Of a stretch of DNA of 64,000 nt, positions 8,227 through 18,570 are shown in pieces. The stretch's first letter is position 1. Each line of letters begins with the position of its first letter. A program made the translations under genes and the position numbers. This stretch comes from an uncultured delta proteobacterium (GTDB lineage: Bacteria > Desulfobacterota > RBG-13-43-22), in contig CAWBOS010000010.1 of assembly GCA_963790475.1 (NCBI GenBank), positions 1,376,001 through 1,440,000 on the forward strand, read 5' to 3'. Below the pieces are notes generated by a model. It worked only from the letters and a program-made list of their open reading frames with translations, did no database searches and was not told the origin of the DNA.

Positions 8227-8940
8227 ATGAAAGAATCAGACGTTACAATAAGTTCCATTATGGCCAAACCAAAAATCCTTATCGTGGAAGACGATCCCGA
8301 TATCTTAGAGCTCCTCCATTTTAATCTGGAGAAAGAGGGCTATCAAACCTTTCGGACCGAAAATGGCGAACAGGCTGTGCTTTTGGCCCAAAAACATACT
8401 CCCGACCTGATTCTTTTGGACCTCCTCCTTCCGGGGATGGACGGCCTCGAAGTCTGTCGGCGACTGAAAAGGGATCCGGCCCTGCAACATATCCCTATTA
8501 TAATGGTCACGGCCAAGGGAGAAGAAATGGATCGGGTCGTAGGTCTTGAGCTGGGGGCCGACGATTACATCGTCAAACCCTTCAGTATCCGGGAACTCAT
8601 TCTACGTATTCACAAGTTATTGGATCGCCGGGAGAAACAAGGGCCCCCTTCCATATTGAAAGCCGATTCCCTCTTCCTGGACCTGGAGGCCCATACCGTT
8701 AAGCTGGAAGACTCCTGGCTGGATCTGACGGCGACCGAATTTCGTCTGCTAACCCATTTGATGCGGACCCGGGGAAGGGTTCAGACCCGGGAAATCCTTC
8801 TGGATAAAGTCTGGGGATATTCCTTCGAAGGCTATTCCCGGACCATAGACACCCATATTCGAAGAATTCGGATCAAATTGGGATCTCATCAAAACTTGAT
8901 AGAAACGGTCAGGGGAGTCGGATACCGTTTCCGGACCTGA
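8227..8940 (+). CDS. phoB: PhoB/PhoP response regulator (start may be 8260)
   Basis: Receiver domain plus OmpR wHTH (IETVRGVGY); adjacent to phoR and pst. Confidence 0.9.
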   Translation: MKESDVTISSIMAKPKILIVEDDPDILELLHFNLEKEGYQTFRTENGEQAVLLAQKHTPDLILLDLLLPGMDGLEVCRRLKRDPALQHIPIIMVTAKGEEMDRVVGLELGADDYIVKPFSIRELILRIHKLLDRREKQGPPSILKADSLFLDLEAHTVKLEDSWLDLTATEFRLLTHLMRTRGRVQTREILLDKVWGYSFEGYSRTIDTHIRRIRIKLGSHQNLIETVRGVGYRFRT

Positions 8941-8944
8941 AAAT

Positions 8945-10834
8945 ATGAGCCTGCGCTGGTACCTTAAAATCCTTTCGGCCTTTATTTTGGTCATCTTAAT
9001 CGTTGTCCTTCCCAGCACCTTCTATCTGGGTTCCAATCTAAAAAATTTTTTGACGAATCAGAAAGAACAAGAACTCCGGCTTGAATTACAACTGGCCGGG
9101 CAGATGGTAGCCGACCATTTCAATGCCGGTCCGGGGGATACGGCCAAGATGCAGAAATTGGCCCTTCAGGTGGGCGCGGATCTTCAAAAAAGGGTGACTA
9201 TTATTTCCCGCGACGGACGCGTCCTGGGGGATTCCGGCCTGACCTCCGAAGCCGTAGATAAAATGGAAGACCATTCCAACCGCCCGGAAATTCTGGCGGC
9301 CAGGGAAAAGGGGTTTGGTCAAAGCATCCGTTTCAGCACCACCCTTCAGTGCAACACCCTTTACGGGGCTGTCCCAATTTATAAAAATAATAACCTCACC
9401 GGGTATGTGCGGCTGGCTTTGCCCCTGAGCCAGGTGGAAGCGCTGGTATCCGCCCTTCGCCGGAACCTGGCTTTGGCCGGCGGGCTGACCGGCATCCTGG
9501 CCATCCTGCTCAGTCTCTTTTTGACCTGGAGCATCAATCGCCCTCTACGCGAGATCACCGGCATGGTGAAAAGCATGGCCAATGGCGATCTGAAACAGCC
9601 TTTTCACCTTTTGCCTAAAACAGAGTTCAGGGACCTCACTCTCTCCCTGGAACGAATGGCTGATGAACTTCGCCAGAAGATGGAATTGCTGGACGTCGAA
9701 ACCAGCCAATTGACTACCCTGCTTTCTACCATGCGGGAAGGCGTTTTGATAACGGATGAAAAAGGCCGCATCATCTCAATGAATCCTTTTTTGCAGGAAT
9801 TGCTTGGGAAAAAAGTTATCTGGAAGAAGCGAACGGTCCAGGAAATATTTATGAATGGTGATCTGCAAGACGCTGTGGAGTCTGTTTTGCGCGATGAGCC
9901 CTATAAAGGGTTGCAGGTCGTCTACGGTCGAACCCCCCAGATGCATTTCGATGTTCAGGTAGCGGCCCTTTTCCCCGAGCGGGGTGCTCATCGCGCCGTG
10001 GCCCTGTTCCACGACACTACCAAGCTCCAATACCTGTTAAAGGTCCGTCAGGACTTTGTGGCCAATGCCTCTCATGAACTCCGCACCCCTTTGACTTCCA
10101 TCAGCGGATATGTAGAAACCCTCCTCTCCTTAGCCCCCTCAGACCCCCCTGAATTTCAGCGGTTTTTGTCCATCATCCAGAAAAATGTTAAACAAATGAA
10201 TTTTCTGGTCTCCGACCTGTTGGATTTGGCCAAACTGGATATCCGGGAAGAACCGATGAAAAACATGAAACAAGTCTTGGTAGAAGATGTTTTGGAAACT
10301 GCCGAACAGATGATAAGAGATCACGTTCAGGAAAAAGGAATCCATTTTTCAAAGGAATGGGACAACCTCCCTGAAGGATTAACGGCCTTTTGGGAGAAAG
10401 ACCGAATCGTCCAGGCCTTGTTCAATGTACTGGACAATGCTGTTAAATATACCCCGGAAGGGGGCAAGATTCGCCTGACGGCCAAAATAGCTCGGAGTTC
10501 GGAGTTCAGAGATCAATTTAGGAAAGAATTATCCTCCGAACTAATAACTCAACACTCCGAACTCGACAGAGATTTCATAGAAATCTCTGTCGAAGACACC
10601 GGCATCGGTATTCCCAAAGAACTCCAGTCCCGTATCTTTGAGCGCTTTTACCGGGTCGATAAAGCCCGATCCCGTGACCTGGGCGGGACCGGACTGGGTC
10701 TGGCCATCGTCAAACACATCGTCGAAACCCACAGCGGCGAGGTACAAGTTGACAGTGTCGTCGGGCAAGGGTCTGTCTTCACCCTCATTCTTCCCCTGGG
10801 CAAAGAATTTTCCACTAAAACCACCTCTGATTGA
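8945..10834 (+). CDS. phoR: PhoR sensor histidine kinase (sensor-HAMP-PAS-HisKA-HATPase)
   Basis: ENHS-like EDHSNRPEI, DFVANASHELRTPL, RFYRVDKARSR, GGTGLGLAIVKH. Confidence 0.92.
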   Translation: MSLRWYLKILSAFILVILIVVLPSTFYLGSNLKNFLTNQKEQELRLELQLAGQMVADHFNAGPGDTAKMQKLALQVGADLQKRVTIISRDGRVLGDSGLTSEAVDKMEDHSNRPEILAAREKGFGQSIRFSTTLQCNTLYGAVPIYKNNNLTGYVRLALPLSQVEALVSALRRNLALAGGLTGILAILLSLFLTWSINRPLREITGMVKSMANGDLKQPFHLLPKTEFRDLTLSLERMADELRQKMELLDVETSQLTTLLSTMREGVLITDEKGRIISMNPFLQELLGKKVIWKKRTVQEIFMNGDLQDAVESVLRDEPYKGLQVVYGRTPQMHFDVQVAALFPERGAHRAVALFHDTTKLQYLLKVRQDFVANASHELRTPLTSISGYVETLLSLAPSDPPEFQRFLSIIQKNVKQMNFLVSDLLDLAKLDIREEPMKNMKQVLVEDVLETAEQMIRDHVQEKGIHFSKEWDNLPEGLTAFWEKDRIVQALFNVLDNAVKYTPEGGKIRLTAKIARSSEFRDQFRKELSSELITQHSELDRDFIEISVEDTGIGIPKELQSRIFERFYRVDKARSRDLGGTGLGLAIVKHIVETHSGEVQVDSVVGQGSVFTLILPLGKEFSTKTTSD

Positions 10835-11041
10835 TTTATCTTCCTGCCCGAAAAAATTATTTCCCGGAAATCTTTCCTGGCATACCCCAATGATCGTGCT
10901 TTCAACTCTTAACTCCCAACAACTCAAGTTTTCAACTTCCCTTCCCTTTTCTCGTCTGTTTCCAACCTCCCGATTTTCCTCTTCGAAATCCTATCGCTCC
11001 GCCTGACCCATCTATTATCAATCGAATTCGCAGCCCTCATT

Positions 11042-11082
11042 TCTTAACACAAAAGTAACCTGATGATCATATTCCCTTAATA
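11042..11082 (+). promoter_or_regulatory. Pho boxes upstream of pstS1
   Basis: CTTAAC / AGTAAC / GATCAT / CTTAAT at 11-bp period. Confidence 0.6.
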
Positions 11083-11136
11083 CAAGATTATTATCTTTGG
11101 TGAAATATAAAACACTTTTTTAAGGAGGAAGTCAAA

Positions 11137-12183
11137 ATGAAATGTTTTTCTAAATTCTTTTTACTGATTGGTTTGTTGGCCTTGGGAATGGCCACTACTT
11201 CCTGGGCAGCCGAAATGGAGTTACTGGGTGCCGGGGCAACCTTCCCGCAACCCCTCTATTCAAAAATGTTCTACGAGTACCACCAGCAGTACAAGACCAA
11301 GGTCAACTATCAGGGTATCGGTTCCGGCGGCGGAATCAAACAACTCAGCAGCAAAGTGGTGGACTTCGGCGGCACCGATGCCTTTATGACCAACGATCAG
11401 CTAAAGGAGGCCGGAGCCCCGATTGTTCATGTCCCCACCTGCCTTGGTTCGGTGGTCATCTCTTACAATCTGCCGGGCAGCCCCAAACTCAGATTCACAC
11501 CGGATGTCATTGCCGATATCTTTCTGGGAAAGATCATCAAATGGACTGATCACCGCATCGGCACCTTAAACCCGGGGGTTCATCTCCCGGATCTGGCCAT
11601 CAGCGTGACCCATCGTTCCGACGGCAGCGGCACAACCAATATTTTCAGCGACTACTTGTGCAAGGTCAGCCCGGAATGGAAACAAAAAGTCGGTATGGGA
11701 ACCTCTCTCAATTGGCCGGTGGGACTCGGCGGTAAAGGCAATCCCGGAGTCGCCGGACTGATCAAGCAGATCCCCGGCTCTCTCGGATATGTGGAATTGA
11801 TCTATACCCTGCAAAACAGCATGCCGGCGGCTGCCTTAAAAAATAAGGCCGGCAAATTCATCGAACCGACCATCAAGTCTACCAGTCTGGCGGCCAATAC
11901 CAAATTGCCGGATGATATGAATATCTCCTTGACGGATACTGATGCCGCCGATGGATATCCTATTGCCGGTTTTACCTATCTGATCTTTTACAAAGAACAG
12001 AATTATGGCGGGAAACCTCTGGAAAAGGCGGAAGCCGTGGCCAAATTAGTAAAATGGGTCATCACCGACGGTCAGAAATATGCAGAACCCCTGCAATACG
12101 CCCCCCTTTCCAGGGACGCCTTTGCCAAGGCAGACAAGCTTGTCCATTCCATGACCTATAACGGAAAACCGGTTTTGAAATAG
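11137..12183 (+). CDS. pstS: Phosphate ABC transporter substrate-binding protein (E. coli-type)
   Basis: GAGATFP, GSGGG, RSDGSGTT; signal peptide. Confidence 0.95.
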   Translation: MKCFSKFFLLIGLLALGMATTSWAAEMELLGAGATFPQPLYSKMFYEYHQQYKTKVNYQGIGSGGGIKQLSSKVVDFGGTDAFMTNDQLKEAGAPIVHVPTCLGSVVISYNLPGSPKLRFTPDVIADIFLGKIIKWTDHRIGTLNPGVHLPDLAISVTHRSDGSGTTNIFSDYLCKVSPEWKQKVGMGTSLNWPVGLGGKGNPGVAGLIKQIPGSLGYVELIYTLQNSMPAAALKNKAGKFIEPTIKSTSLAANTKLPDDMNISLTDTDAADGYPIAGFTYLIFYKEQNYGGKPLEKAEAVAKLVKWVITDGQKYAEPLQYAPLSRDAFAKADKLVHSMTYNGKPVLK

Positions 12184-12282
12184 AAACAGGCAAGAGCCAC
12201 GAGGCGAGAGGGGTTAAAGGTCAGGAAAACGGTTATCCCTTTCCCCCTCGCCCGTTCCTCTATCCCAAGTAGAAATATTTTC

Positions 12283-13200
12283 ATGCAAAAAAAGGAAAAC
12301 AACACCTGGGTTATCGATAGGTCCGAAAAACGATTTACGAATTTTCTATCATTTTTCGCCTACTTGATTATTGCCTTGCTCTCGGGTATTTTTATTACCC
12401 TGCTGATCGCCGCCTGGCCGTCCATCAAGGTTTTCGGTTTTTCCTTTTTTATAGGGAGCCACTGGAATCCGGTCACCAATCAATTCGGCTCCCTTCCCTT
12501 TCTGGTAGGAACTCTGGTGACCTCTTTTCTGGCCCTTTTGATCTCCATCCCCTTCTCTGTGGCCATCTCTGTTTTCCTCGGTGAGTATTTTAAGGAAGGG
12601 GCCCTCTCCAGTTTCCTCAAGAGTTCCATCGAGGTCCTGGCCGGTATTCCCTCGGTTATTTATGGCCTTTGGGGGTTATTTATCCTCATCCCGATCGTCC
12701 GGGGATTTCAAATGAAAATGGGCGTACCCGGAGAAGGCGTCGGTCTTTTCTCGTCCTCGCTGATCCTGTCCATTATGGTCATCCCTTACGCCGCCTCTAT
12801 CGGCCGGGAGGTCATTGCCCTGGCCCCGACCGATCTCAAAGAGGCCGCTTTTTCTCTCGGGGCCACCCGCTATGAGGTGGTAAAAAAGATCGTCTTACCC
12901 TATGCCCGCTCCGGAATCATCGCTGGTGTTTTGCTTTCCCTGGGAAGGGCCCTGGGGGAGACCATGGCCGTGACCATGCTCATCGGCAACCGGAATGCCA
13001 TCCCTCACAGTATTTTCGATCCGGCCAATACCATGGCCAGTGTCATTGCCAATGAATTCACCGAAGCCACGTCGACCGTTTATGTCGCCTCATTGATCAA
13101 TATCGCCCTGGTGCTTTTTCTGGTCACCATGGTTGTCAATCTCATCGGGAATTATATCATCAAGAAATTCAGCATCGCAGCGGAAAGAGAAGTTACCTGA
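12283..13200 (+). CDS. pstC: Phosphate ABC permease
   Basis: LAGIPSVIYGLWG, GRALGETMAV. Confidence 0.95.
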   Translation: MQKKENNTWVIDRSEKRFTNFLSFFAYLIIALLSGIFITLLIAAWPSIKVFGFSFFIGSHWNPVTNQFGSLPFLVGTLVTSFLALLISIPFSVAISVFLGEYFKEGALSSFLKSSIEVLAGIPSVIYGLWGLFILIPIVRGFQMKMGVPGEGVGLFSSSLILSIMVIPYAASIGREVIALAPTDLKEAAFSLGATRYEVVKKIVLPYARSGIIAGVLLSLGRALGETMAVTMLIGNRNAIPHSIFDPANTMASVIANEFTEATSTVYVASLINIALVLFLVTMVVNLIGNYIIKKFSIAAEREVT

Positions 13201-14045
13201 TGGAATCGAATACAACCTGGCGCATTTTTAAAAACAGTTTCTTTAAGGTCCTTATTATCGTTCTTTCCTTTCTTTCCATCGCGCCTATGCTCCTGATCCT
13301 GTTTTATATCGGAAAAAACGGGATATCGTCCATCAATTGGAACTTCTTGACCCAAATGCCCCAGCCCATGGGAGAGACCGGGGGAGGCGTTTTCAACGCC
13401 ATCGTGGGTACCTGCGTGCTCATCGGTCTTTCCAGTCTCTTTTCCGTACCGATTGGAATTGCCACGGGAATCTATCTTTCGGAAAAACGCGAAGGCTTCC
13501 TTTCACGAACCGTAAAACTGTGCGTTGAAATCCTGCAGGGCACCCCCTCGATCGTCATCGGCATCATCGCTTACACCTGGATCGTCCGGCCCCTGAAAAG
13601 CTTTTCCGTGTTTTCCGGGGGTATTGCCTTGAGTATGCTCATGATCCCGGTGATCATTAAGTCCACCGAAGAGACCTTGAAGCTCATCCCCTATCACCTG
13701 AAAGAGGCGGCCCTGGCCCTTGGAGTGCCTTATCACAAAACTATCTTGAAAGTCATCCTGCCCGCCGGAATCAGCGGTATAGTGACCGGCATTTTGTTGA
13801 GTATCGCCCGGATCACCGGGGAAACGGCTCCGTTGCTGTTTACCTCCTTCGGCAATCCCTTCTTGAATTTAAATCTTCTTAAACCCATGGAATCTTTGCC
13901 CCACACTATTTTTTACTATGCCACCAGTCCTTATCCGGAATTCCACCAATTTGCCTGGGGGGCGTCTTTTATCCTGGTATGTCTGGTTCTGGTGTTTAAT
14001 CTTATCGCCCGGAGAATCTCGAAAAAATGGAAGATCCAACTCTAA
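13200..14045 (+). CDS. pstA: Phosphate ABC permease
   Basis: [16 protein letters not shown]. Confidence 0.95.
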   Translation: MESNTTWRIFKNSFFKVLIIVLSFLSIAPMLLILFYIGKNGISSINWNFLTQMPQPMGETGGGVFNAIVGTCVLIGLSSLFSVPIGIATGIYLSEKREGFLSRTVKLCVEILQGTPSIVIGIIAYTWIVRPLKSFSVFSGGIALSMLMIPVIIKSTEETLKLIPYHLKEAALALGVPYHKTILKVILPAGISGIVTGILLSIARITGETAPLLFTSFGNPFLNLNLLKPMESLPHTIFYYATSPYPEFHQFAWGASFILVCLVLVFNLIARRISKKWKIQL

Positions 14046-14794
14046 GCGTCTTACGCATCGAAAATTTTTCCGCCGCCTATGGAGAAAACCGCGTCCTGAA
14101 GGATGTCAGCCTTTCCATCGTCGACAATAGTGTCACCGCCTTGATTGGGCCTTCGGGTTGCGGCAAAACCACGATCATCCGCTGCATCAACCGCATGCAT
14201 GAGTTGATCCCCGGGGCCACCATCAAGGGAAAGATGTACTTGCGGAATCAAGATATCTACGCCATGCAGCCGATCGTGCTCCGAAGAAAGGTAGGCATGG
14301 TCTTCCAAAAGCCGAATCCCTTTCCGACCATGAGTATCTATGAAAATGTAATCGCCGGCTATAGATTGAACGGGATTCGTTTTCCCCGAAAGGAAACCGA
14401 AGAGATCGTCGAACGGTCCCTTAAAGGGGCGGCCTTATGGAACGAGGTCAAGGATTTTCTCCATCGAAAGGGGACCTTTTTATCCGGAGGCCAGCAACAA
14501 AGACTTTGCATCGCCCGGGCCCTGGCCATGAATCCGGAGATTTTGTTACTGGATGAACCGACTTCGGCTTTGGACCCGAAATCCACTTCTCATATTGAGG
14601 AATTGATCGCCGACCTGAAAACAACCGTGACCATGCTCCTGGTGACCCACAATATCGCCCAGGCCGCGCGGGTTTCCGATTTTACGGCTTTTATCTACTT
14701 AGGAGAATTAATAGAGTACGGTTCAACAAACACCATGTTTACCGTCCCCAAAGACAAGAGGACGGAAGAATATTTAACCGGAAAATTCGGTTGA
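14027..14794 (+). CDS. pstB: Phosphate ABC ATPase
   Basis: [38 protein letters not shown]. Confidence 0.95.
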   Translation: MEDPTLSVLRIENFSAAYGENRVLKDVSLSIVDNSVTALIGPSGCGKTTIIRCINRMHELIPGATIKGKMYLRNQDIYAMQPIVLRRKVGMVFQKPNPFPTMSIYENVIAGYRLNGIRFPRKETEEIVERSLKGAALWNEVKDFLHRKGTFLSGGQQQRLCIARALAMNPEILLLDEPTSALDPKSTSHIEELIADLKTTVTMLLVTHNIAQAARVSDFTAFIYLGELIEYGSTNTMFTVPKDKRTEEYLTGKFG

Positions 14795-14805
14795 TAGGGG
14801 GAACC

Positions 14806-15465
14806 ATGTTGGAAGAAAAAATCGCCGAACTCAGGAAAACCCTGATCGGCTATGCCCTTCTGGTGGAAAAAATGATCGATGACAGCATACAAGGGCTGTT
14901 GAGGAATGACCTGACCTTACTCCACCAGGTCACAGAGAAGAGCGAGAGAAAGGCCAATGAGACCGAAATCCTGATCGACGAGATGTGTACCACAATTATC
15001 GCCCAGTTCGGGCCTAAGGCCAGGGACCTGAGGATCGTCCTGATGAGTTTGAAAATCAACAATGACCTGGAGCGTATTGCCGATCATGCCGTCAATACGG
15101 CGGAAAGCGGCCTTTTCCTCGTCAGCCAACCCCTGGTCAAACCTTTATTGGATATACCCAGGATGGCCCAGGCCACGATAAACATGCTCCGGGACGCGGT
15201 CAGCTCCTTTGTCAATGAAGACCCGGATCTGGCCGTCGATGTTTGCGGCAGAGACCAATTTGTTGATGATTCGGCTTCGCAGATTCTAAGAGAACTGATC
15301 ACCTACATGATTTCCGACCCGACCACGATTGAACGGGCCCTTCACCTGTTAAAAATAGCCCGCAATTTGGAACGCACCGCGGATCTTTCCACCAATATCG
15401 CCGAAGATGTGATTTATATGACCGAGGGAAAGGTAATTAAACACTCCGATTTGGTTAAAAATTGA
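14806..15465 (+). CDS. phoU: Phosphate signalling/transport regulator
   Basis: Two PhoU repeats (DLERIADH, NLERTADL). Confidence 0.95.
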   Translation: MLEEKIAELRKTLIGYALLVEKMIDDSIQGLLRNDLTLLHQVTEKSERKANETEILIDEMCTTIIAQFGPKARDLRIVLMSLKINNDLERIADHAVNTAESGLFLVSQPLVKPLLDIPRMAQATINMLRDAVSSFVNEDPDLAVDVCGRDQFVDDSASQILRELITYMISDPTTIERALHLLKIARNLERTADLSTNIAEDVIYMTEGKVIKHSDLVKN

Positions 15466-15485
15466 TTTCAAGGGAAGAAAAAAAG

Positions 15486-15759
15486 ATGAAGGAACCTAAA
15501 AATACTTCATATCGATAGCGATTACCGGGTCGTTTATAGGGTTATCTTTGACGGGGTGCAGATTAAATCATCCCTCCCCTGGGAAACCGCGGTAACGATG
15601 CTGGAAAATCAATTATTCGACTTGATTCTCTCTGAGCCTCAAAATGTGGCCGTCCTGACCCCTCGAGCAGAAACTGACAAGGTGGAATTATTGATGGATC
15701 CATTTTATAAAGATTCTATAAGTTTCAGCTCCCTGAATAGGCTGATTAATCTTGGGTAG
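15486..15759 (+). pseudogene. Degenerate receiver-like small protein with an apparent frameshift near its start
   Basis: The frame NLKILHIDSDYRVVY...FDLILSEPQ is preceded by an ATG one base out of frame. Confidence 0.35.
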
Positions 15760-15809
15760 CCAAGATCCGTAAAAACTGGAGACCGTTAGAATTAAACCAA
15801 GGGAAATAG

Positions 15810-16037
15810 ATGAGACGGAAAAGGAATTTTGTCCGGCAATGGAGAGCCGCTGATTTATTGGAAATGATTGATTGCCCTTATCAACCGGGAAATCTGAAGA
15901 TCACCAAAAATGCTTGTATAAAACGTCGGGAGGTCTCAACCGAAGGCCATCCTCTTAAGACCATCCAAAATGAATTTTTTCCCTATACCGTCCGGCAAGG
16001 GCTTTTGACCTGTAAGAACTGTCCTATAGGAAAATGA
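15810..16037 (+). CDS. Small Cys-containing hypothetical protein
   Basis: AAGGG SD; CPY...ACIKR...CKNCPIG gives four Cys. Confidence 0.55.
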   Translation: MRRKRNFVRQWRAADLLEMIDCPYQPGNLKITKNACIKRREVSTEGHPLKTIQNEFFPYTVRQGLLTCKNCPIGK

Positions 16038-16071
16038 ACGTAATAAGATTTTTCATAGAAATACTACCTTC

Positions 16072-16089
16072 CCGTCATACTTCTGTCAC
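16072..16089 (+). promoter_or_regulatory. Near-consensus Pho box
   Basis: CCGTCAT-ACTT-CTGTCAC versus the E. coli consensus CTGTCAT-N4-CTGTCAY. Confidence 0.7.
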
Positions 16090-16112
16090 ATTTGTGGGTT
16101 TTAATGGGACCC

Positions 16113-16463
16113 ATGAAAACCGAGGAAGGATTCTTAGTGGGATGTCCTGATTGTCAAACCGATGCCCTGTATCGATACGGGCGGATCGGGACCGGTAGAC
16201 AACGCTATATTTGTCTATTGTGCGGAAAACAATTCACCCCCAGTTCTACTCGAAAAGAATGGAAGGATAAACCCACTTGCCCCGTCTGTGGAAAGCAAAT
16301 GCATTTTTACCAGAGGGGAAAAGGTTTCCTCCGTTTTCGCTGTTCCGGTTACCCGGATTGTAAACAATACCTTAAAACTGAAATCCCTGTTATCAACGAT
16401 GTGGTCAATTTATTTGAAAAACAAAATAACCATGAAAAATTGTTACAGACATTAGGAGGCTAA
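16113..16463 (+). CDS. Double zinc-ribbon protein (IS1 InsA-like ribbon plus topoisomerase-type C4 finger)
   Basis: CPDC..LYRYG..GRQRYICLLCGKQF and CPVCGKQM..FRCSGYPDC. Confidence 0.7.
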   Translation: MKTEEGFLVGCPDCQTDALYRYGRIGTGRQRYICLLCGKQFTPSSTRKEWKDKPTCPVCGKQMHFYQRGKGFLRFRCSGYPDCKQYLKTEIPVINDVVNLFEKQNNHEKLLQTLGG

Positions 16464-16665
16464 TGAAGAACAAACAATCGAAAGACACTCATCAAACCAA
16501 AAAGAAGAGGATTATTTTTAAGCTTGAGGACTGCTTAAACTATGTAAAACCAAACCGGAAACTTTTTCTGAAAGATCCTTTACTTTCCGAAGGTCCTCTT
16601 CAGGAATCAATCGGGATCAACAATGACTTTAGGGAAAGATATAGAATATAAAGTCAAATCATCAT

Positions 16666-16800
16666 TGATAACCTACCCAAAAAAATTGCTGAAACTTCAT
16701 TTTGGTCATTCCGGTCCCACATCAAGCGTGGGATAGACTCCAGCCGGAATCCAGTATCTTTAATTACTTATAAGTACGACAACTTTTTACGAATCCATCA
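16666..16800. repeat. MITE-like repeat, TGAT...ACTTTTTACGAATCCATCA family (degenerate)
   Basis: Right end matches the copies at 42523, 46518 and 58199; internal GTCATTCCGG...CCGGAATCCAG. Confidence 0.6.
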
Positions 16801-16960
16801 TCATTCACTCATTTGAATTTTTGATGCGGGAATTCCCCTTAGGATTTTTATTGTGTACAAGGAAGGGGGTACTCAAGACAATAAAACGAACTTTCAATTA
16901 TCCCTTCAAAAAGATAAGATAAAAATTCAGTGGCCATAACTTATTCGAAGGAGGACTGAT

Positions 16961-18325
16961 ATGTCTCATTTGTTGATCATCGGAGGGAGTGACGCTGGGA
17001 TAAACGCGGCCCTTCGGGCCCGGGAGATGGATTCTTCACTGGATATCAGCGTTCTGGTTGCCGACCGTTTCCCCAATTATAGCATTTGCGGCCTCCCTTT
17101 TTATCTTAGCGGTGAGGTACCGGACTGGCAGACTCTGGCCCATAGAACAATTGAAGAGATAGAAAGGCAAGCCATCCATCTTCTGCTGGACCACAGGGCT
17201 GTCGCTATTGATCCCGAAAATAAAATAGTAACGGCTGAAAACAATGAGGCCCAATCCTCTTCGATCCATTTTGACAAATTGATTCTCGCCACCGGTGCAG
17301 TATCGGCTCGACCGGCCATCTCCGGGATGGACCTTCCGGGTGTTTTCGCTTTGCGTTGGATGGAGGATGGCTTTGGGATTGACCGGTATATGGCGGAGCA
17401 TCATCCGGAATCAGCGATTATTCTCGGATCGGGTTATATCGGCCTGGAGATGGCCGATGCCTTGACCCGTAAGGGTCTGACCGTGTCCATGCTGAATCGT
17501 TCCGGCCATATTTTGACCGACCTGGACCAGAAACTGGGTGAGATTATCAGAATGGAGCTTTCCAAACACGGCGTTAGGATGGTTGACCGGATTGACGTTA
17601 CTGGTATTGAAAAAAAGAATCAGAAATTGATACTGAGAAACCCTCAGGATCTTCCTCTTGAATCCGACTTGATTTTAGTGGCCACGGGGATTAGACCAGA
17701 GACCACCCTGGCCGGAAAAGCCGGGGTATTAACCGAGATCCACCAGGCCATCCGGGTCAACCGGTCCATGGAAACAAACATCAAGGATATTTATGCCGCC
17801 GGGGATTGCGTGGAAACCTGGCACCGCCTGTTGAATAAATACGCTTATCTTCCTCTGGGAACCACGGCTCACAAACAAGGACGGGTCGCCGGTGAAAATG
17901 CTGCCGGCGGATCTCAAGAATTTGCCGGGACCCTGGGGACGCAGGCCGTCAAAATCTTTGACCTGGTGGTTGCCCGCACCGGGTTGCTTGACAAAGAGGC
18001 TTTGGAGGCGGGCTTTGACCCTCTGACCGTTAAACTCGAGACCTGGGATCACAAAGTCTATTATCCCGGTGCTTCCCTTTTGCATATTTGCCTAACCGGG
18101 GATCGAAAAACTGGCCGGTTGCTCGGGGCCCGGATGATCGGGTCTTATAAGGCGGAGGTCTCCAAGCGCATTGACATCTTTGCCACCGCCCTATTCAACA
18201 GGATGACCGTTGAATCCCTTAATCATATTGATCTGAGCTACACCCCTCCATTGAGCAGTCCCTGGGATCCTGTCCAACTGATTGCCCAGGCCTGGGACTT
18301 GGAACAAAAGCGTGCCAAGGTCTAA
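16961..18325 (+). CDS. CoA-disulfide reductase / NADH oxidase-family flavoprotein
   Basis: IIGGSDAG, YSICGLP (active Cys), GSGYIGLE, DLSYTPP. Confidence 0.9.
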   Translation: MSHLLIIGGSDAGINAALRAREMDSSLDISVLVADRFPNYSICGLPFYLSGEVPDWQTLAHRTIEEIERQAIHLLLDHRAVAIDPENKIVTAENNEAQSSSIHFDKLILATGAVSARPAISGMDLPGVFALRWMEDGFGIDRYMAEHHPESAIILGSGYIGLEMADALTRKGLTVSMLNRSGHILTDLDQKLGEIIRMELSKHGVRMVDRIDVTGIEKKNQKLILRNPQDLPLESDLILVATGIRPETTLAGKAGVLTEIHQAIRVNRSMETNIKDIYAAGDCVETWHRLLNKYAYLPLGTTAHKQGRVAGENAAGGSQEFAGTLGTQAVKIFDLVVARTGLLDKEALEAGFDPLTVKLETWDHKVYYPGASLLHICLTGDRKTGRLLGARMIGSYKAEVSKRIDIFATALFNRMTVESLNHIDLSYTPPLSSPWDPVQLIAQAWDLEQKRAKV

Positions 18326-18524
18326 GGGCGGTCATCTTTTTTCCCAATTCTCTGGTTTTTTTTGAGATGCCCGTCGTAGCAGCAAAAAACCTCCATTAAA
18401 GATAGGAAATACTGGCCACTCTTGAACCTTTAAAGGGACGATACCACTATCAATTCCCTCCCAGGTTCAGAAGCAGGGCCTCCGGATGGAGGCCCGCAGG
18501 AGTGAAGAGAGATTTGATATATAA

Positions 18525-18553
18525 ACCGGGAAAGACAGGCTGGCCTTTCCCGG
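18525..18553 (-). terminator. Probable intrinsic terminator of the porin gene
   Basis: CCGGGAAAG...CTTTCCCGG stem followed by a T-rich run on the minus strand. Confidence 0.45.
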
Positions 18554-18570
18554 GAAAAAAGGGTTAGTAA

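Noticed and set aside
10877-10895. TGGCATACCCC, identical to the start of the sigma54 promoter at 34551
   Set aside because: It lacks the -12 TTGC (reads AATGA).
16092-16463. Active IS1 element
   Set aside because: No InsB/DDE ORF, no slippage site and no IS1 inverted repeats; kept as a zinc-ribbon gene.
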